Assembly (NCBI GenBank): GCA_963810095.1
Contig: CAWEMM010000007.1
Location: forward strand, 160,001 to 224,000
Source of the DNA: an uncultured Chloroflexia bacterium
GTDB lineage: Bacteria; Chloroflexota; Anaerolineae; CG2-30-64-16
Direction: 5' to 3'
DNA: 64,000 bases
Under the pieces are notes generated by a model that was not told where the DNA came from, ran no database searches, and saw nothing but the letters and a program-made list of their open reading frames with translations. Below are positions 42,301 through 53,200 of this stretch, piece after piece. Every line of letters starts with the position of its first letter. Position 1 is the stretch's first letter. The translations under genes were made by a program, and so were the position numbers.

Positions 42301-44090
42301 GCTACGACTACTACACCGGTGCCCCGGACATGCGTCCGGTGGGCGCGCCGCCCATCCTGCCCGGCTACGGCCCGAACACCCGCACGGTCATGCAGGTGAA
42401 GGTCGCGGGTAACGCCCGCGGCGCCGTTCAACCTGACTAAGCTTCGCAATGCCTTCAGCCACAAGGCGGACGGGTCCGGCGTGTTCGAGTCGGGCCAGCA
42501 CCCAATCATCGTCGGGCAGGCGGCCTACAACTCGGCCTACGGCACAAGCTTCGTCATCTAGCGGCTGGTGCAATGCACCCGACGAACCCGAGCGCACGCT
42601 GCGACGGGTACGCCCGCATCTCGGAGCAGGGCGGCGACATGTTCAAGTTCGACACGCTCAACAAGGACATGTTCGGGAATCCCAAGCAGGTCTCGGTCAA
42701 GATCGAACCGAAAGCGATGCACGACGAGACCAACGCATCGGCCTTCGATGAGTTCGGACGGATGCAGGCCAACCTGGGCCTCGAAGTTGTGCCGGCCACT
42801 CCGGTGTTGCAGAACATAGTCCTGCATCCGTACATCTTCCCGACTACCGAGATCGTCGACACCACCACGCTACCGGAGGCCACCGAAGCTGGTCGGGGGG
42901 ACGTTCCAGGACGTCACGGTGACTCCGATCTCCTCAGGCACGGACGGGACCCAGATCTGGAAATTCACGCACAACGGCGTGGACACGCACCCAATCCACT
43001 TCCACGCCTTCGACGTGCAGGTCCTGAACCGTGTCACGTGGGACAACATCATCATGCCGCCCGATGCCACCGAGCTTGGCTGGAAGGACACCCTCCGCAT
43101 CAGCCCGCTGGATAGACACGATCGTTGCGTGCGGGCTGTCGTTCCGAAGCTGCCCTGGGACGTGCCTAACAGCGTCCGGTTGATTAACCCGGCGATGCAG
43201 GACGGCGTGTCGATAGCTCTCTCGTCTGTAGCCGGCAAGCTCGACATGGGTATGACGGCGTTTGCTCCTAACGGCGAGCCGATCGACGTCTACAACCACT
43301 ACATGAACTTCGGTTCGGAGTACGTCTACCACTGCCATATCCTCAGTCATGAGGAGATGGACATGATGCGGCCGGTGTCGCTGGCCTACCCGCCGGTGGC
43401 CCCGTCCAACCTGAATGTGGCGGCTCCGACCGGCAGCGGCGCCAGCCGGTACGTGCAGCTAACCTGGACGGACAACTCCCGGAGCGAGACGAACTGGGTG
43501 ATCGAACGCTCTTCAACCGGCGCCAACGGGCCGTGGACCGTGCTGCCGACTATCCCATCTGACCCGGCGAACCCGGCGCTCAGCCCGACAACCGGCCAGA
43601 GCATTAACCGGACGGTCACCTACAGAGACGTGATCGGCACGCGCAGTGCTTCCATACTCCTACCGGGTCCAAGCCATCAACGTGGTGGGTGACACGTGGG
43701 ACTACGCGGACCCGGCGCTCAACACGATCGTGAGCGGCGGCTTCCCGACGGTGACCACCAGGTCCGGTTACTCGAATGTCCAGTCGTGGGTGACGGCGCC
43801 GGCGGCCCCCACGCTGACGAGCGCGACCAACCTGGGCGTGCAGGGTACCACCAACCGTGTACAATTGATCTGGACGGACGTGCCCGGGGCGGTCGGCTAC
43901 ACGATTCAACGAGCGACGAACTCGGCGTTCACGACTGGCGTGACCAACATCAATCGTGGGTGCCGGCTCCGTCAGCTACATTGATACGGTGCCGCGCAGC
44001 CCGGTCGGCACCACTTACTACTACCGGGTCCAGGCGCTCAATCCAGCGGCGTCCGCCTGGTCCAATGTCCGCAGTATCGTAACGCGGTAG
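39315..44090 (+). CDS. Very large secreted multicopper oxidase (MofA/OmpB-like) with N-terminal GxGYT repeats and C-terminal fibronectin type III domains; many frameshifts
   Basis: All four MCO copper motifs: LHLHGG (~41060), MFYHDHA (~41255), HPIHFHAF (~42990), YHCHILSHEEMDMM (~43325). Also YRFRVLNAANDR, IGTEGGFLPAP, LLLAPAERADVIVDFS and FN3 motifs LTWTDNS...YRVQA. Sec-type signal peptide. Confidence 0.85.
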
Positions 44091-44114
44091 TCGTACCTCG
44101 CAGTACGATCGTCT

Positions 44115-44174
44115 TCGGGGGAGGGAGTGCTCCTTCCAGGATCCAGTCCTTACGGGAGCGAATCCTTCCCCCGA
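44115..44174. terminator. Hairpin downstream of the multicopper oxidase
   Basis: TCGGGGGAGGGA...TCCTTCCCCCGA imperfect stem. Confidence 0.45.
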
Positions 44175-44225
44175 TATCCGTATCGAGTAGGCTGAATAAC
44201 GGGTGCGAGATGGCATATAGACGAG

Positions 44226-45407
44226 ATGTTCTGGGAGCTGCGTGTTATCCTCCTGGTTGTTGGGGTGACGGGCGCTTACGCTTCTGTGCCGGATACTAGG
44301 GATGCAAGCATCGCACGAAATGCTCCAATATCCGCGCAGGCGGCGCCGGGCTGGCAGCAAGTCAACACCAGCGGCTTCGGAACTCAGCAGGCTGTTGAGG
44401 TGACTGCACTGGAAGTATTCGCTAGCAATCTCTATGCGGGGACCGCAAATCCGACCGACGGGGCCCGCATATTCCGGTCGCAAGATGGTACGAGCTGGAC
44501 GCCTGTTTCTCAACCGGGCTTCGGCGTTGGGACAGACACCCGCCCGCGGGCGATTCTCGACCTGTTGGCCTTCAGGGGGGGACTCTATGCAAGCACCGGC
44601 CGGAACGACAATGCTGCGCAGATCTGGCGTGCGATGGATGGAGTCACCTGGGCGCCCATGGTTATCGCAGGTTTCGGCAATCCCGACACCGTCGATATCA
44701 CGGCCCTGACCGAATACGCCGGCGCAATCTACGCTGGAGCCACAAACCTGATCTCCGGTGCGCAGATATGGCGCAGCGCTAGCGGAGACAACAACACCTG
44801 GACGCAGGTTGGTCCCTCAGTGCCGGGAACGGCAGCCGCGACGATCACGGGATTCGCCGTCCACGGTGGCGAACTATATGCCGTGGTCGAGTCCAACGGA
44901 CCCGCGCAGGTCTGGCGTAGCACCACGGGCAGCGATTGGACAACCGTGATGAGCGACGGTTTCGGTAATAATCTGACGACATCCACTGGCGGCATGGCCG
45001 AGTTTGGCGGCTATCTGTACGCAGGGGCAGGAAATGTAGCCGAAGGTGCACAGTTGTGGCGCTCTCGGGATGCGGTGAATTGGGAACCTGCAATCACCCC
45101 CGGCTTCGGTGATACGAACAACAAAATGATCGAGTCCGTGTTCGTCTTTCAAAATCAGCTCTACGCCAGCACGAAGAACGACCTAACAGGCATGGAACTC
45201 TGGCGGTCGGCCAATGGGATAGCCTGGGAGCGTGCTAACCTTGATGGGTTCGGCGACAGTAATAACACCGGTTCAAACCGGAGCAATGCTACAGCGAACT
45301 TTCCAGGTCACTTGTATGTAGGCACGTCGAATCTCGTAGACGGCGGTGAGGTGTGGCGGATGGATCAACAGCAGCAACGCACGCTTCTCCCTCTCGTTGC
45401 CCGCTAA
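44226..45407 (+). CDS. Secreted beta-propeller repeat protein with C-terminal xLPLVxR motif
   Basis: About 7 repeats of xLYAG..N...GA.IWRS.DG..W......GFG; ends RTLLPLVAR. Confidence 0.8.
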   Translation: MFWELRVILLVVGVTGAYASVPDTRDASIARNAPISAQAAPGWQQVNTSGFGTQQAVEVTALEVFASNLYAGTANPTDGARIFRSQDGTSWTPVSQPGFGVGTDTRPRAILDLLAFRGGLYASTGRNDNAAQIWRAMDGVTWAPMVIAGFGNPDTVDITALTEYAGAIYAGATNLISGAQIWRSASGDNNTWTQVGPSVPGTAAATITGFAVHGGELYAVVESNGPAQVWRSTTGSDWTTVMSDGFGNNLTTSTGGMAEFGGYLYAGAGNVAEGAQLWRSRDAVNWEPAITPGFGDTNNKMIESVFVFQNQLYASTKNDLTGMELWRSANGIAWERANLDGFGDSNNTGSNRSNATANFPGHLYVGTSNLVDGGEVWRMDQQQQRTLLPLVAR

Positions 45408-45437
45408 ACACCAGACGCAGAACGGAGTGGGGTCAAG

Positions 45438-47864
45438 ATGCTCAAAGTTAAATGTGCTCTCAGGTTGCGAGCCGCGGTTTCTGTCGCAGCCACGGTCCTG
45501 TTGATGGCGGGTCTCCTGATCGCCCCCGCAGCTGCCGCCGAAGGCGCGTCGATTGCGGCGTTATCAGTGGTCCCAAGCTGGACGCAAGGTTCCCAACAAG
45601 CGGTTAAGTCCCACCTCATCATCGAAAACGTGGGCCAGTATGCCGAGGGGGCTCGATTCCTGCTCAAGCAGGGCGAGCGGCGCATTTGGCTCACTCAGGA
45701 TGCGGTTTGGCTGACGGTGCCCGATCCTCGCGTTGAGGGCGGGGCTGCGGTTCGCCCGGTGGGTCGCGAGCGGAACCCGGCCGCGATCGCACGGCCCGGA
45801 ACGGCCCTCCGCTTCACCTTTGCAGGCGCGAACTCGACACCCACACTCGAGCCTTACGGCCCTGTGCCGACGAAGGTCTCGTACCTGATCGGCAATGACC
45901 CGGCGGGTTGGCAGACCAATGTGCCGGTTTGGTCTGGGGTACGCTACCGCGACCTCTACCCGGGGGTCGACCTGGTTATCGGTGACGGCGCGGGCGGCGC
46001 CGTGCCGTGGCGCCTCGAAGCTCAGCCCGGAGCCAACCTGCAGGCCGTCGCACTCCGGGCCGAAGGGGCCGATTCCGTCACGGCAGAGGCGAGTGGGCTC
46101 CGCCTTGTGATCAAGGGCCGGGCTATCAATGTGTCCTTGCCGGTCTGGTCACTGCTCGGACAGCCGGATCTGGTTGGCAGCACAGCCGTGCAACAAGCCG
46201 ACGGGGCATCGTTCGCGTTGGCGCCCGCGTCCGAGCCAGAAGCCGGCACCGTGGAGACCGCCGACGCCTTCGAAGTGCTGGCTGCAGGGGATCTCGTCTA
46301 TAACACACCGCTGGCGGGTTCGGCATACGATGCAGGATATGGCATTGCCGTCGACGCTGCGGGCAATGCGTATATCACGGGTGAGTCCCAATCTACCAAT
46401 CTTCCGGTTACTCCTGGAGTCTACGATCCCAGTAGCATTGGCGAGTCCAGTGAGGCTTTTGTCGCCAAGTTCGATCCCGCCGGGACGTCGCTGCTCTACC
46501 TCACCTATCTTGGCGGTTCGGGCTCCGACATCGGATGGGGGATCGCGCTCGCCGGCAATCTGGCGTATGTGGTGGGCGAGACGACATCGACGAACTTCCC
46601 CGGCATGACGGGAACGGTGGTGGGCACTGATGCTTTCGTTGCGGCCCTTAACGCCGATGCAACCGGAGTCAGGTACGTGACGCGGCTAGGCGGCTCAGCA
46701 TACGATGCCGGCTATGGAATCGCGGTCGAGGGGCTGGACGCCTACCTCGTAGGTCTGACCCAGTCCCCGGATTTGCCCGGCACGGGCTGTGGCGGCGGCG
46801 CCAGCGGGGACCTGGTGGTCGCCAAGTTCGGCCCACTTGGCGGCAACCCCGTGTATGCAACCTGCCTCGTCAACCCCGACTTCGAAGCAGGCTACGGCAT
46901 TGCCGCACGCGGTGGAGCCGCTTATGTGGTGGGTGAGACCTTTGTGCCGGCGACAACTGACCGCGACATGGTCGTGGCGCGTTACGATGCGAGCGGAGCG
47001 TTGAGCGGCGGAAGGGAGATTGAGGGTTCCGCCGATGACGTTGGTAAAGGCGTTGCCGTCGACGGGTTTGGCAGCATCTACGTCACGGGGACTACGGAGA
47101 GCTCCACTAGCTTCCCCATAACTCCGAACACGGCGCCGTGGGGCGGCGGTACAAGAGACGCGGTCGTTGTCAAAATGTCCTCTGACTTCAACATTGGTTT
47201 TGCCACCTTCCTGGGGGGAGACGGCGACGACTCCGGGTATGGGATTTCGGTCGACACCGTTCAAGCCATGTATGTGGCCGGCACGACAACATCCGCCACT
47301 TTCCCCATGACCGCCGGGGCCTACGATACGGCGCTCGACGGCGCCAGCGACGTGTTCGTCGCGCGCATGCACTTGCAGAGCGCGGCTCAGGACAAGGTCA
47401 CCTACGCCACGTATTTGGGCGGCGCTTATGAGGACTGGGGTTACGGCGTCGCGACGGATACGGGGGGTCATGCCTTTGTGACCGGCAGCAGCGCGACATC
47501 GGGGAACTTTGACTCGAATAACGCGTTTGTGGCGAAGCTCAAAGTGAGCAGCCCACTGGGCCCGCCTTCTCCGGTGTCAATTGGTGTCAGCGGTTCAAGT
47601 GCTCTCTTGACCTGGCCTGGAGTAGCGGGCAGGAGCTATTACCAGGTCTTCCGCAGCACCCAGCCGTACTTCCAACCCGGAGACTGGAGCAGCGGGCTCC
47701 CGGTGTCCCAGCCGACCGCAACATCCTATACGGATGTCAACGTACTCCCAACGGTGAACGCTTACTTCTACGTGGTCAAGACTGTCAATGCAGCACCGGC
47801 GGCCAGTGCGAACTCCAATCGCGTGGGCAAGTTCACCTTCCAGCTCGTGAAGGGAACGCCCTAA
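45438..47864 (+). CDS. Secreted SBBP (beta-propeller repeat) surface protein with C-terminal FN3-like domain
   Basis: IENVGQ, SYLIGNDP..W.TNVP, YRDLYPGVDL N-terminal domain; repeated D.GYGIAVD..GNAYITG.T.S..FP and DAFVAK; ends YFYVVK...SNRVGKFTFQLVKG. Confidence 0.85.
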   Translation: MLKVKCALRLRAAVSVAATVLLMAGLLIAPAAAAEGASIAALSVVPSWTQGSQQAVKSHLIIENVGQYAEGARFLLKQGERRIWLTQDAVWLTVPDPRVEGGAAVRPVGRERNPAAIARPGTALRFTFAGANSTPTLEPYGPVPTKVSYLIGNDPAGWQTNVPVWSGVRYRDLYPGVDLVIGDGAGGAVPWRLEAQPGANLQAVALRAEGADSVTAEASGLRLVIKGRAINVSLPVWSLLGQPDLVGSTAVQQADGASFALAPASEPEAGTVETADAFEVLAAGDLVYNTPLAGSAYDAGYGIAVDAAGNAYITGESQSTNLPVTPGVYDPSSIGESSEAFVAKFDPAGTSLLYLTYLGGSGSDIGWGIALAGNLAYVVGETTSTNFPGMTGTVVGTDAFVAALNADATGVRYVTRLGGSAYDAGYGIAVEGLDAYLVGLTQSPDLPGTGCGGGASGDLVVAKFGPLGGNPVYATCLVNPDFEAGYGIAARGGAAYVVGETFVPATTDRDMVVARYDASGALSGGREIEGSADDVGKGVAVDGFGSIYVTGTTESSTSFPITPNTAPWGGGTRDAVVVKMSSDFNIGFATFLGGDGDDSGYGISVDTVQAMYVAGTTTSATFPMTAGAYDTALDGASDVFVARMHLQSAAQDKVTYATYLGGAYEDWGYGVATDTGGHAFVTGSSATSGNFDSNNAFVAKLKVSSPLGPPSPVSIGVSGSSALLTWPGVAGRSYYQVFRSTQPYFQPGDWSSGLPVSQPTATSYTDVNVLPTVNAYFYVVKTVNAAPAASANSNRVGKFTFQLVKGTP

Positions 47865-47877
47865 CGATATAGCCCGA

Positions 47878-47923
47878 CCGTTGCAGTGGCCGAGGGACCT
47901 AGGTCGCTCGGCCACTGCAACGG
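47878..47923. terminator. Strong hairpin after the SBBP gene
   Basis: CCGTTGCAGTGGCCGAG...CTCGGCCACTGCAACGG, 17-bp stem. Confidence 0.7.
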
Positions 47924-48054
47924 CATCAGAATACAGAAGTTGCCACTTCTGCACCGGGTGTGAGCGGAAGTCCAGCGCTTATGCTTGATCAGGAGGCGGT
48001 TTTCTGCGTGGTCAAAACCTGATAGGTTAGTTGATTATTACAACAGGTTATAAC

Positions 48055-48633
48055 ATGTCTCGCACACCCGCATCACGCCAACGTAGCATTCTCGAGCTAC
48101 TCGATGTCCGGCACATCCTGACGGTACAGGAACTGGCCGCGGAACTTGGCGTCTCGGCCATGACCGTACACCGTGATCTAAATAAGCTGGCTAGCAGCGG
48201 CCGGTTGGTCAAGACGCACGGGGGCGTCGCCCTACCCGCGCAGCCGCAGAACGGTAGCAGCGTACCTGCTTCTTGCGCGATGTGCAACCGTCCCGTTCCG
48301 GAGCGCAGCGCGGTCATCATGCAAAGCCAGCGCTTCGGCCGCATGATCGCCTGTTGCCCGCACTGCGGAGTGAGCCTGCTCGAGCGCAACACGCCGGCCG
48401 ATTTGATGCTGGTCACCGACTTCCTCTATTGTCAGATGGTCAGCGCGAACGACGCGAGCTACGTGGTCGGAAGCGATGTCGCATCGTGTTGCCGGCCAGG
48501 GGTGCTCGCGTTTGCCGGCCCCGACGTCGCAGTGCGATTTCAACGCGGATTTGGCGGCGAGATCATGAGTTTCGCGCAGGTGCGGCACCACTTGCGCTGC
48601 AGCATGTCGGTTACTGAAGAGCCTCGGCGGTAG
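48055..48633 (+). CDS. YcnK/CutR-like copper-responsive regulator (DeoR HTH + Cys-rich NosL-like domain)
   Basis: RQRSILELL..LTVQELAAELGVSAMTVHRDL..VKTHGG; CAMC, ACCPHCG, VTDFL, A.YVVGS, CC.P..LAF, FQRGFGG. No DeoR sugar-binding domain. Confidence 0.8.
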   Translation: MSRTPASRQRSILELLDVRHILTVQELAAELGVSAMTVHRDLNKLASSGRLVKTHGGVALPAQPQNGSSVPASCAMCNRPVPERSAVIMQSQRFGRMIACCPHCGVSLLERNTPADLMLVTDFLYCQMVSANDASYVVGSDVASCCRPGVLAFAGPDVAVRFQRGFGGEIMSFAQVRHHLRCSMSVTEEPRR

Positions 48634-48673
48634 GCGGCATCCCTCGCAATCACTACCATCGAGGAGGGAAACC

Positions 48674-49108
48674 ATGTGGCGTTATCTGAGCCTGAGCCTG
48701 TTGCTTATCTGTGTGGCTGCGGCGTTGATCGGATGTGCTGTTGAGAGCCTGGCGGCTAGCAATGCGTTTTCATACGCTTGTGCAGCCGGCGGCGAGTGTG
48801 GGGTTTTCTTGACTCTCACCAATTCGAACAGTCAACCTGACACTCTCGTTTCGGCCAGAACCGATGTTGCCGATCACGCGGAGCTGCACACAGTTGTGAT
48901 GGACATGAAGGGCGGCATGAAGATGCAGCAAGTGGCGGACATCGCACTGCCGGCATCGAGCTCCGTTGAGCTTAAGCCGGGAGGGTTCCATGTCATGCTC
49001 TTCGGCTTGAACAAGGAACTGAAAGCCGGAGACACATTTCCGCTGACTCTCAAGTTCGACAAGGGCGGCGAGCAGACGGTGCAGGTCCAGGTCAGGACCA
49101 AGAACTGA
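48674..49108 (+). CDS. Copper chaperone PCu(A)C
   Basis: AELH...M.M.....I.LPA...VELKPGGFHVMLFGL...LKAGDTFPLTLKF; lipoprotein-like signal peptide. Confidence 0.9.
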   Translation: MWRYLSLSLLLICVAAALIGCAVESLAASNAFSYACAAGGECGVFLTLTNSNSQPDTLVSARTDVADHAELHTVVMDMKGGMKMQQVADIALPASSSVELKPGGFHVMLFGLNKELKAGDTFPLTLKFDKGGEQTVQVQVRTKN

Positions 49109-49121
49109 GTCGAGAAGAAGC

Positions 49122-49613
49122 ATGAGGAAGACAAAACGGCTTCGTCCTGCACTCGCGGCAGCGCTTGTCCTGACGCTTGCGGTCGGATGCGGCGGCATGG
49201 GTTCGCAGCGGGCCGCAACGAACGCCAGACCTGAGGCGGCATCGACATTGGATCCGTTCCAGCAGGCGCTCGCGCCGGAGGGCTCCACCTTAGGGGTCAA
49301 GCGGCAGGACGAAATGCTCGTGTGGCTTAGTAGCAAGCCCGCACAACCCGCGCGCGGCGCCGCCGAGATTGACGCGTACCTGGTGAGCACAGATGGCCAG
49401 CCCGTTACGGCTGCCAAGGTCACTTTCGACACTGACATGACCAACATGAGCCACGGCCAGTACCTGGTGCCGGCGCAGCCCGCGGGGGATGGCCATTATG
49501 TTGGACAGGTGCACTTCTCGATGCCGGGTCCCTGGCGTGTGATCGCCATCGTGGAACGCGCTGGTCACGAGCCGGCAAGGGTACGTTTCGAGTTTTCGGT
49601 GAGTTCCAAATAG
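49122..49613 (+). CDS. YtkA/FixH-like lipoprotein (putative copper-binding Ig fold)
   Basis: Lipobox LAVGC; DGQPVTAAKV, DMTNMSHG, GHYVG..HFSMPGPWRV. Confidence 0.8.
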   Translation: MRKTKRLRPALAAALVLTLAVGCGGMGSQRAATNARPEAASTLDPFQQALAPEGSTLGVKRQDEMLVWLSSKPAQPARGAAEIDAYLVSTDGQPVTAAKVTFDTDMTNMSHGQYLVPAQPAGDGHYVGQVHFSMPGPWRVIAIVERAGHEPARVRFEFSVSSK

Positions 49614-49616
49614 GAG

Positions 49617-50279
49617 ATGTCGATGAGCCTCATTGTAGCGATACTGTTATCTGTCGGTTTTGCCGCAATCAGTCTGGGCGTTGGCATCCATCTCTTGCGC
49701 TACCGGAGCGCAGTTACGGAAATGCTCGGCATGATGATAGGGATGACGATGGGCATGATGTCTGGCATCGCCATCGGCTACTATATCGGGGCGGCGACCG
49801 ATATGTTCACAAGTAACCTCGTCGGCGTCGCGGTCGGGCTGGCATTTGGTGCCGGCTTCGGCAGTCAGGGCGGGTTGATGGGCGCCATGGATGGCGGTAT
49901 GGGCGGGTTCATGGGGGGCATGATGGGTGGGATGCTAGGCGTCATGATCAACATCTCCCCGCTGGCGGTCTGGGTCACGGCAGGCTTTACGACCGCCATC
50001 TGCCTGGCCATATACATTGGATTGATCCGTCTGGTACAGAATAGCTCCACCAAGCGGTATGCCAAGGACCCGGTGTGCGACATGTTGGTGGATGTTAGAA
50101 CGACGAAACTGACGAGCGAGTATCACGGCGCGACCGTATACTTCTGTGCTCCCGGCTGCAAGATCGCTTTCGACAAGGACCCCGAGCGGTACCTGGTGCT
50201 AAGCTTGCGTCAGCAAGCCTTGGACCAGCGCTCGATTTCTGGTGTTGGCAGCGGTCCTCGAGAGGCTATGGATGTCTGA
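49617..50279 (+). CDS. Met/Gly-rich integral membrane protein with C-terminal YHS/TRASH domain
   Basis: TM segments MLGMMIGMTMGMMSG and GLMGAMDGGMGGFMGGMMGGMLGVM; then AKDPVCDM.V...Y.G.TVYFCAPGCKIAFDKDPERY. Confidence 0.82.
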   Translation: MSMSLIVAILLSVGFAAISLGVGIHLLRYRSAVTEMLGMMIGMTMGMMSGIAIGYYIGAATDMFTSNLVGVAVGLAFGAGFGSQGGLMGAMDGGMGGFMGGMMGGMLGVMINISPLAVWVTAGFTTAICLAIYIGLIRLVQNSSTKRYAKDPVCDMLVDVRTTKLTSEYHGATVYFCAPGCKIAFDKDPERYLVLSLRQQALDQRSISGVGSGPREAMDV

Positions 50280-53200
50280 TCTCAAAAACGTCACGTTTCC
50301 CGTCACGGGCATGACGTGCGCCAATTGCGCAGCGGCAATCGAGAGAAATGTCCGCAAGCTTCCCGGCGTCGATGTGGCGAACGTGAACCTCGCTAATGAG
50401 AAGCTGACCGTCGCGTTCGATCCCGCGCAGCTCGACGAACACGGCATCATCGCCCGGGTCGAGCACATCGGCTACGGTATCCCGACCGGAAACATTGAGT
50501 TACCCATTACCGGTCTCAAGGATAACTCCGACGCTTTGACGCTGGAGAAGTTGTTGGCGCGTCAGGAAGGCGTTCTGGCTGCCAGCGTGAGCTATGGGAC
50601 CGAACGGGCGACGCTCAAGTACATCCCGGGCTTGACCAGCATTGCGGAACTGGCCAGGATCGTCCGTAAGGCAGGGTTCGATCTCGTCCAGGCGGGCGAA
50701 GCCGAGTCCATCGAAGATGCAGAAGCCCATGTGCGCACGGCTGAGATCAACCGCCAGAGAAAGCTGCTGATCACCGGCATTATCTTCACGACGCCGCTGG
50801 TCGCGTACAGCATGGCGCGCGACTTCATCGTGCCGTTCAAGGGCGACCTGTGGGTGATGCTGTTCCTCGCGACGGTTGTCCAGTTCGTGGTTGGCTCGCA
50901 GTACTACGAGGGGGCGTACAAAAGCCTCCGCGCTGGCGGCGCGAACATGGACGTCCTGATCGCCCTCGGCTCTTCGGTGGCATATTTCTTCAGCTTAGGC
51001 GTCGTTATTCATCTCATTCCAAGCCCCAACGTCTATTTCGAAACCGGCGCTGCGATCATCACCCTCATCATGCTCGGGAAGTTTCTGGAGGCGCGGCGCG
51101 TGGCAAGACGTCGGAGGCGCTGAAAGCACTGATGGGGTTGCGTGCCCGAACTGCACATGTCATCCGCGACGGCGTTGAGACCGAAATCGATGCGGATCAG
51201 GTCGTCGTGGGTGACATTCTCATCGTGCGGCCGGGCGAGAAGGTCCCCGTAGACGGCGTTATCAGCGAGGGGCGCTCTGCTTTCGATGAGTCGATGCTGA
51301 CCGGCGAGTCGATGCCGGTCAGCAAAGGTCCCGGCGACGAGATTATCGGCGCGACGATCAACAAGGAAGGGTTGATCAGGTTCGAAGCCAGCAAAGTGGG
51401 CAATAACACCACGCTGGCACAGATCGTGCGCATGGTCCAGGACGCCCAGGGAAGCAAGGCGCCCATCCAGAAGCTGACCGACCGTGTCAGCACCTACTTT
51501 GTCCCCGCCGTGATTGCTATTGCGCTGCTGACGTTTCTTGGTTGGCTGCTGCTGACCCGTGCCGAGTGGTCCGGTGCGATGATCAACGCAGTAGCGGTGC
51601 TCGTGATCGCCTGTCCGTGCGCCCTTGGCCTCGCTACCCCGACTGCGATCATGGTTGGCACGACAAAGGGCGCGGAGAGCGGCATCCTCTTCAAGAACAG
51701 CGAAGCGTTGGAACGCGCAGGCAAGGTAACGGTTGTGGTGCTGGACAAGACCGGCACAATCACCCGCGGGGAGCCAGCCGTGACCGACGTCTTCGCCATG
51801 GGGCATGATGCCAGGGCTCCGGGGGCGGCCTTCACCGAGGAAGAAGTGTTGCGCCTGGCGGCCAGCGCCGAGCGCGGGTCGGAGCATCCGCTGGGACGGG
51901 CGATTGTCGAAGCCGGGACAGCCAGAGGGCTGCAACTGGTGGACCCCACCTCCTTTAAGGCTGTCAGTGGCTTCGGTATTCGTGCCACCCTGCAGGATCA
52001 AAGCCTCATCATCGGTAACCCTCGAATGCTGCAGAACGAAGGCATTGCGATCGACTCGCTCCATCCGGACATCGCACGGCTCCAGTCCGAGGGGAAGACT
52101 GCAATGCTTGTCGCAGTTCGCCCCCCGAACGGTGAGGCAGCCGCCCAGTTGATCGGCCTCATAGCGGTCGCCGATACGGTCAAGCCCGGGGCGCGCGAAG
52201 CCATCGAGGAGCTGCGCCAGCTAGGGCTGGACGTTGTGATGATCACCGGCGACAACCAGCGCACCGCGGAGGTGATTGCGAAACAGGTCGGCATCGAGCG
52301 CGTGCTGGCCGAAGTGCTGCCCGGCGACAAGGTTAACGAAATCAAGAGACTGCAGGGCGGGGGCCAGGCAAACAAAGGACGCCAACTTGTGGCCATGGTC
52401 GGCGATGGCATCAACGATGCGCCCGCGTTGGCACAGGCCGATGTCGGCATTGCTATCGGCACGGGCACGGATGTTGCTATCGCGGCGGCCGGCATCACCT
52501 TGATCGGCGGTGAGTTGCATGGGGTAGCGCGCGCGATCTCGCTGTCGCGTGGCACTATGCAGACCATCGTGCAGAACCTCTTCTGGGCCTTCTTCTACAA
52601 TATCGTACTGATCCCGCTCGCGGCGTTCGGCTTTCTCGTCCCCATGGTGGCGGCCGGCGCAATGGCGTTCAGTTCCATCTTCGTGGTCACAAATAGCCTT
52701 AGAATGCGCGGATATGATTTCGAGAAGCTAACCGCGCCGAAACCGCTGGCGCGCCAGTTGGTCGAGATGACGCCGCGCTTGATTGCACCGGCAGGCGCAC
52801 TAGCGTTGCTCATGGCAGTCTCTCTCGGCTGGCTGATGCCGGCGAAGGCACAGGAACTGGCGAAGGTCTACTCGGGGCCGAGAACCAATTCCTACCGGGT
52901 CCTCATCAATCCCACAACTCCCATCGTCGCAGGAAATGCAACCCCGCTCGACGTGGAGATTATTGATCAGTTCGGCAAGCGAGCCACCGAGTTTCGGACC
53001 TTCGATTACGGCACGCTCAAGTACTATGCCTACCTGGCCATCATTCGGCGGGACCTTGAAGCTCTACAAGTCACCCCGTTGTTTCTCAGGCCCGACCCCA
53101 AGCCTGATCCGAGCCTGGGTGGGGCGGTTGACCCGATGTCAGCGCGGCCGTTTGAACAGCGCGTCATTCTGCCAAAGATCGTGTTCCCGAACGAGGGCCA

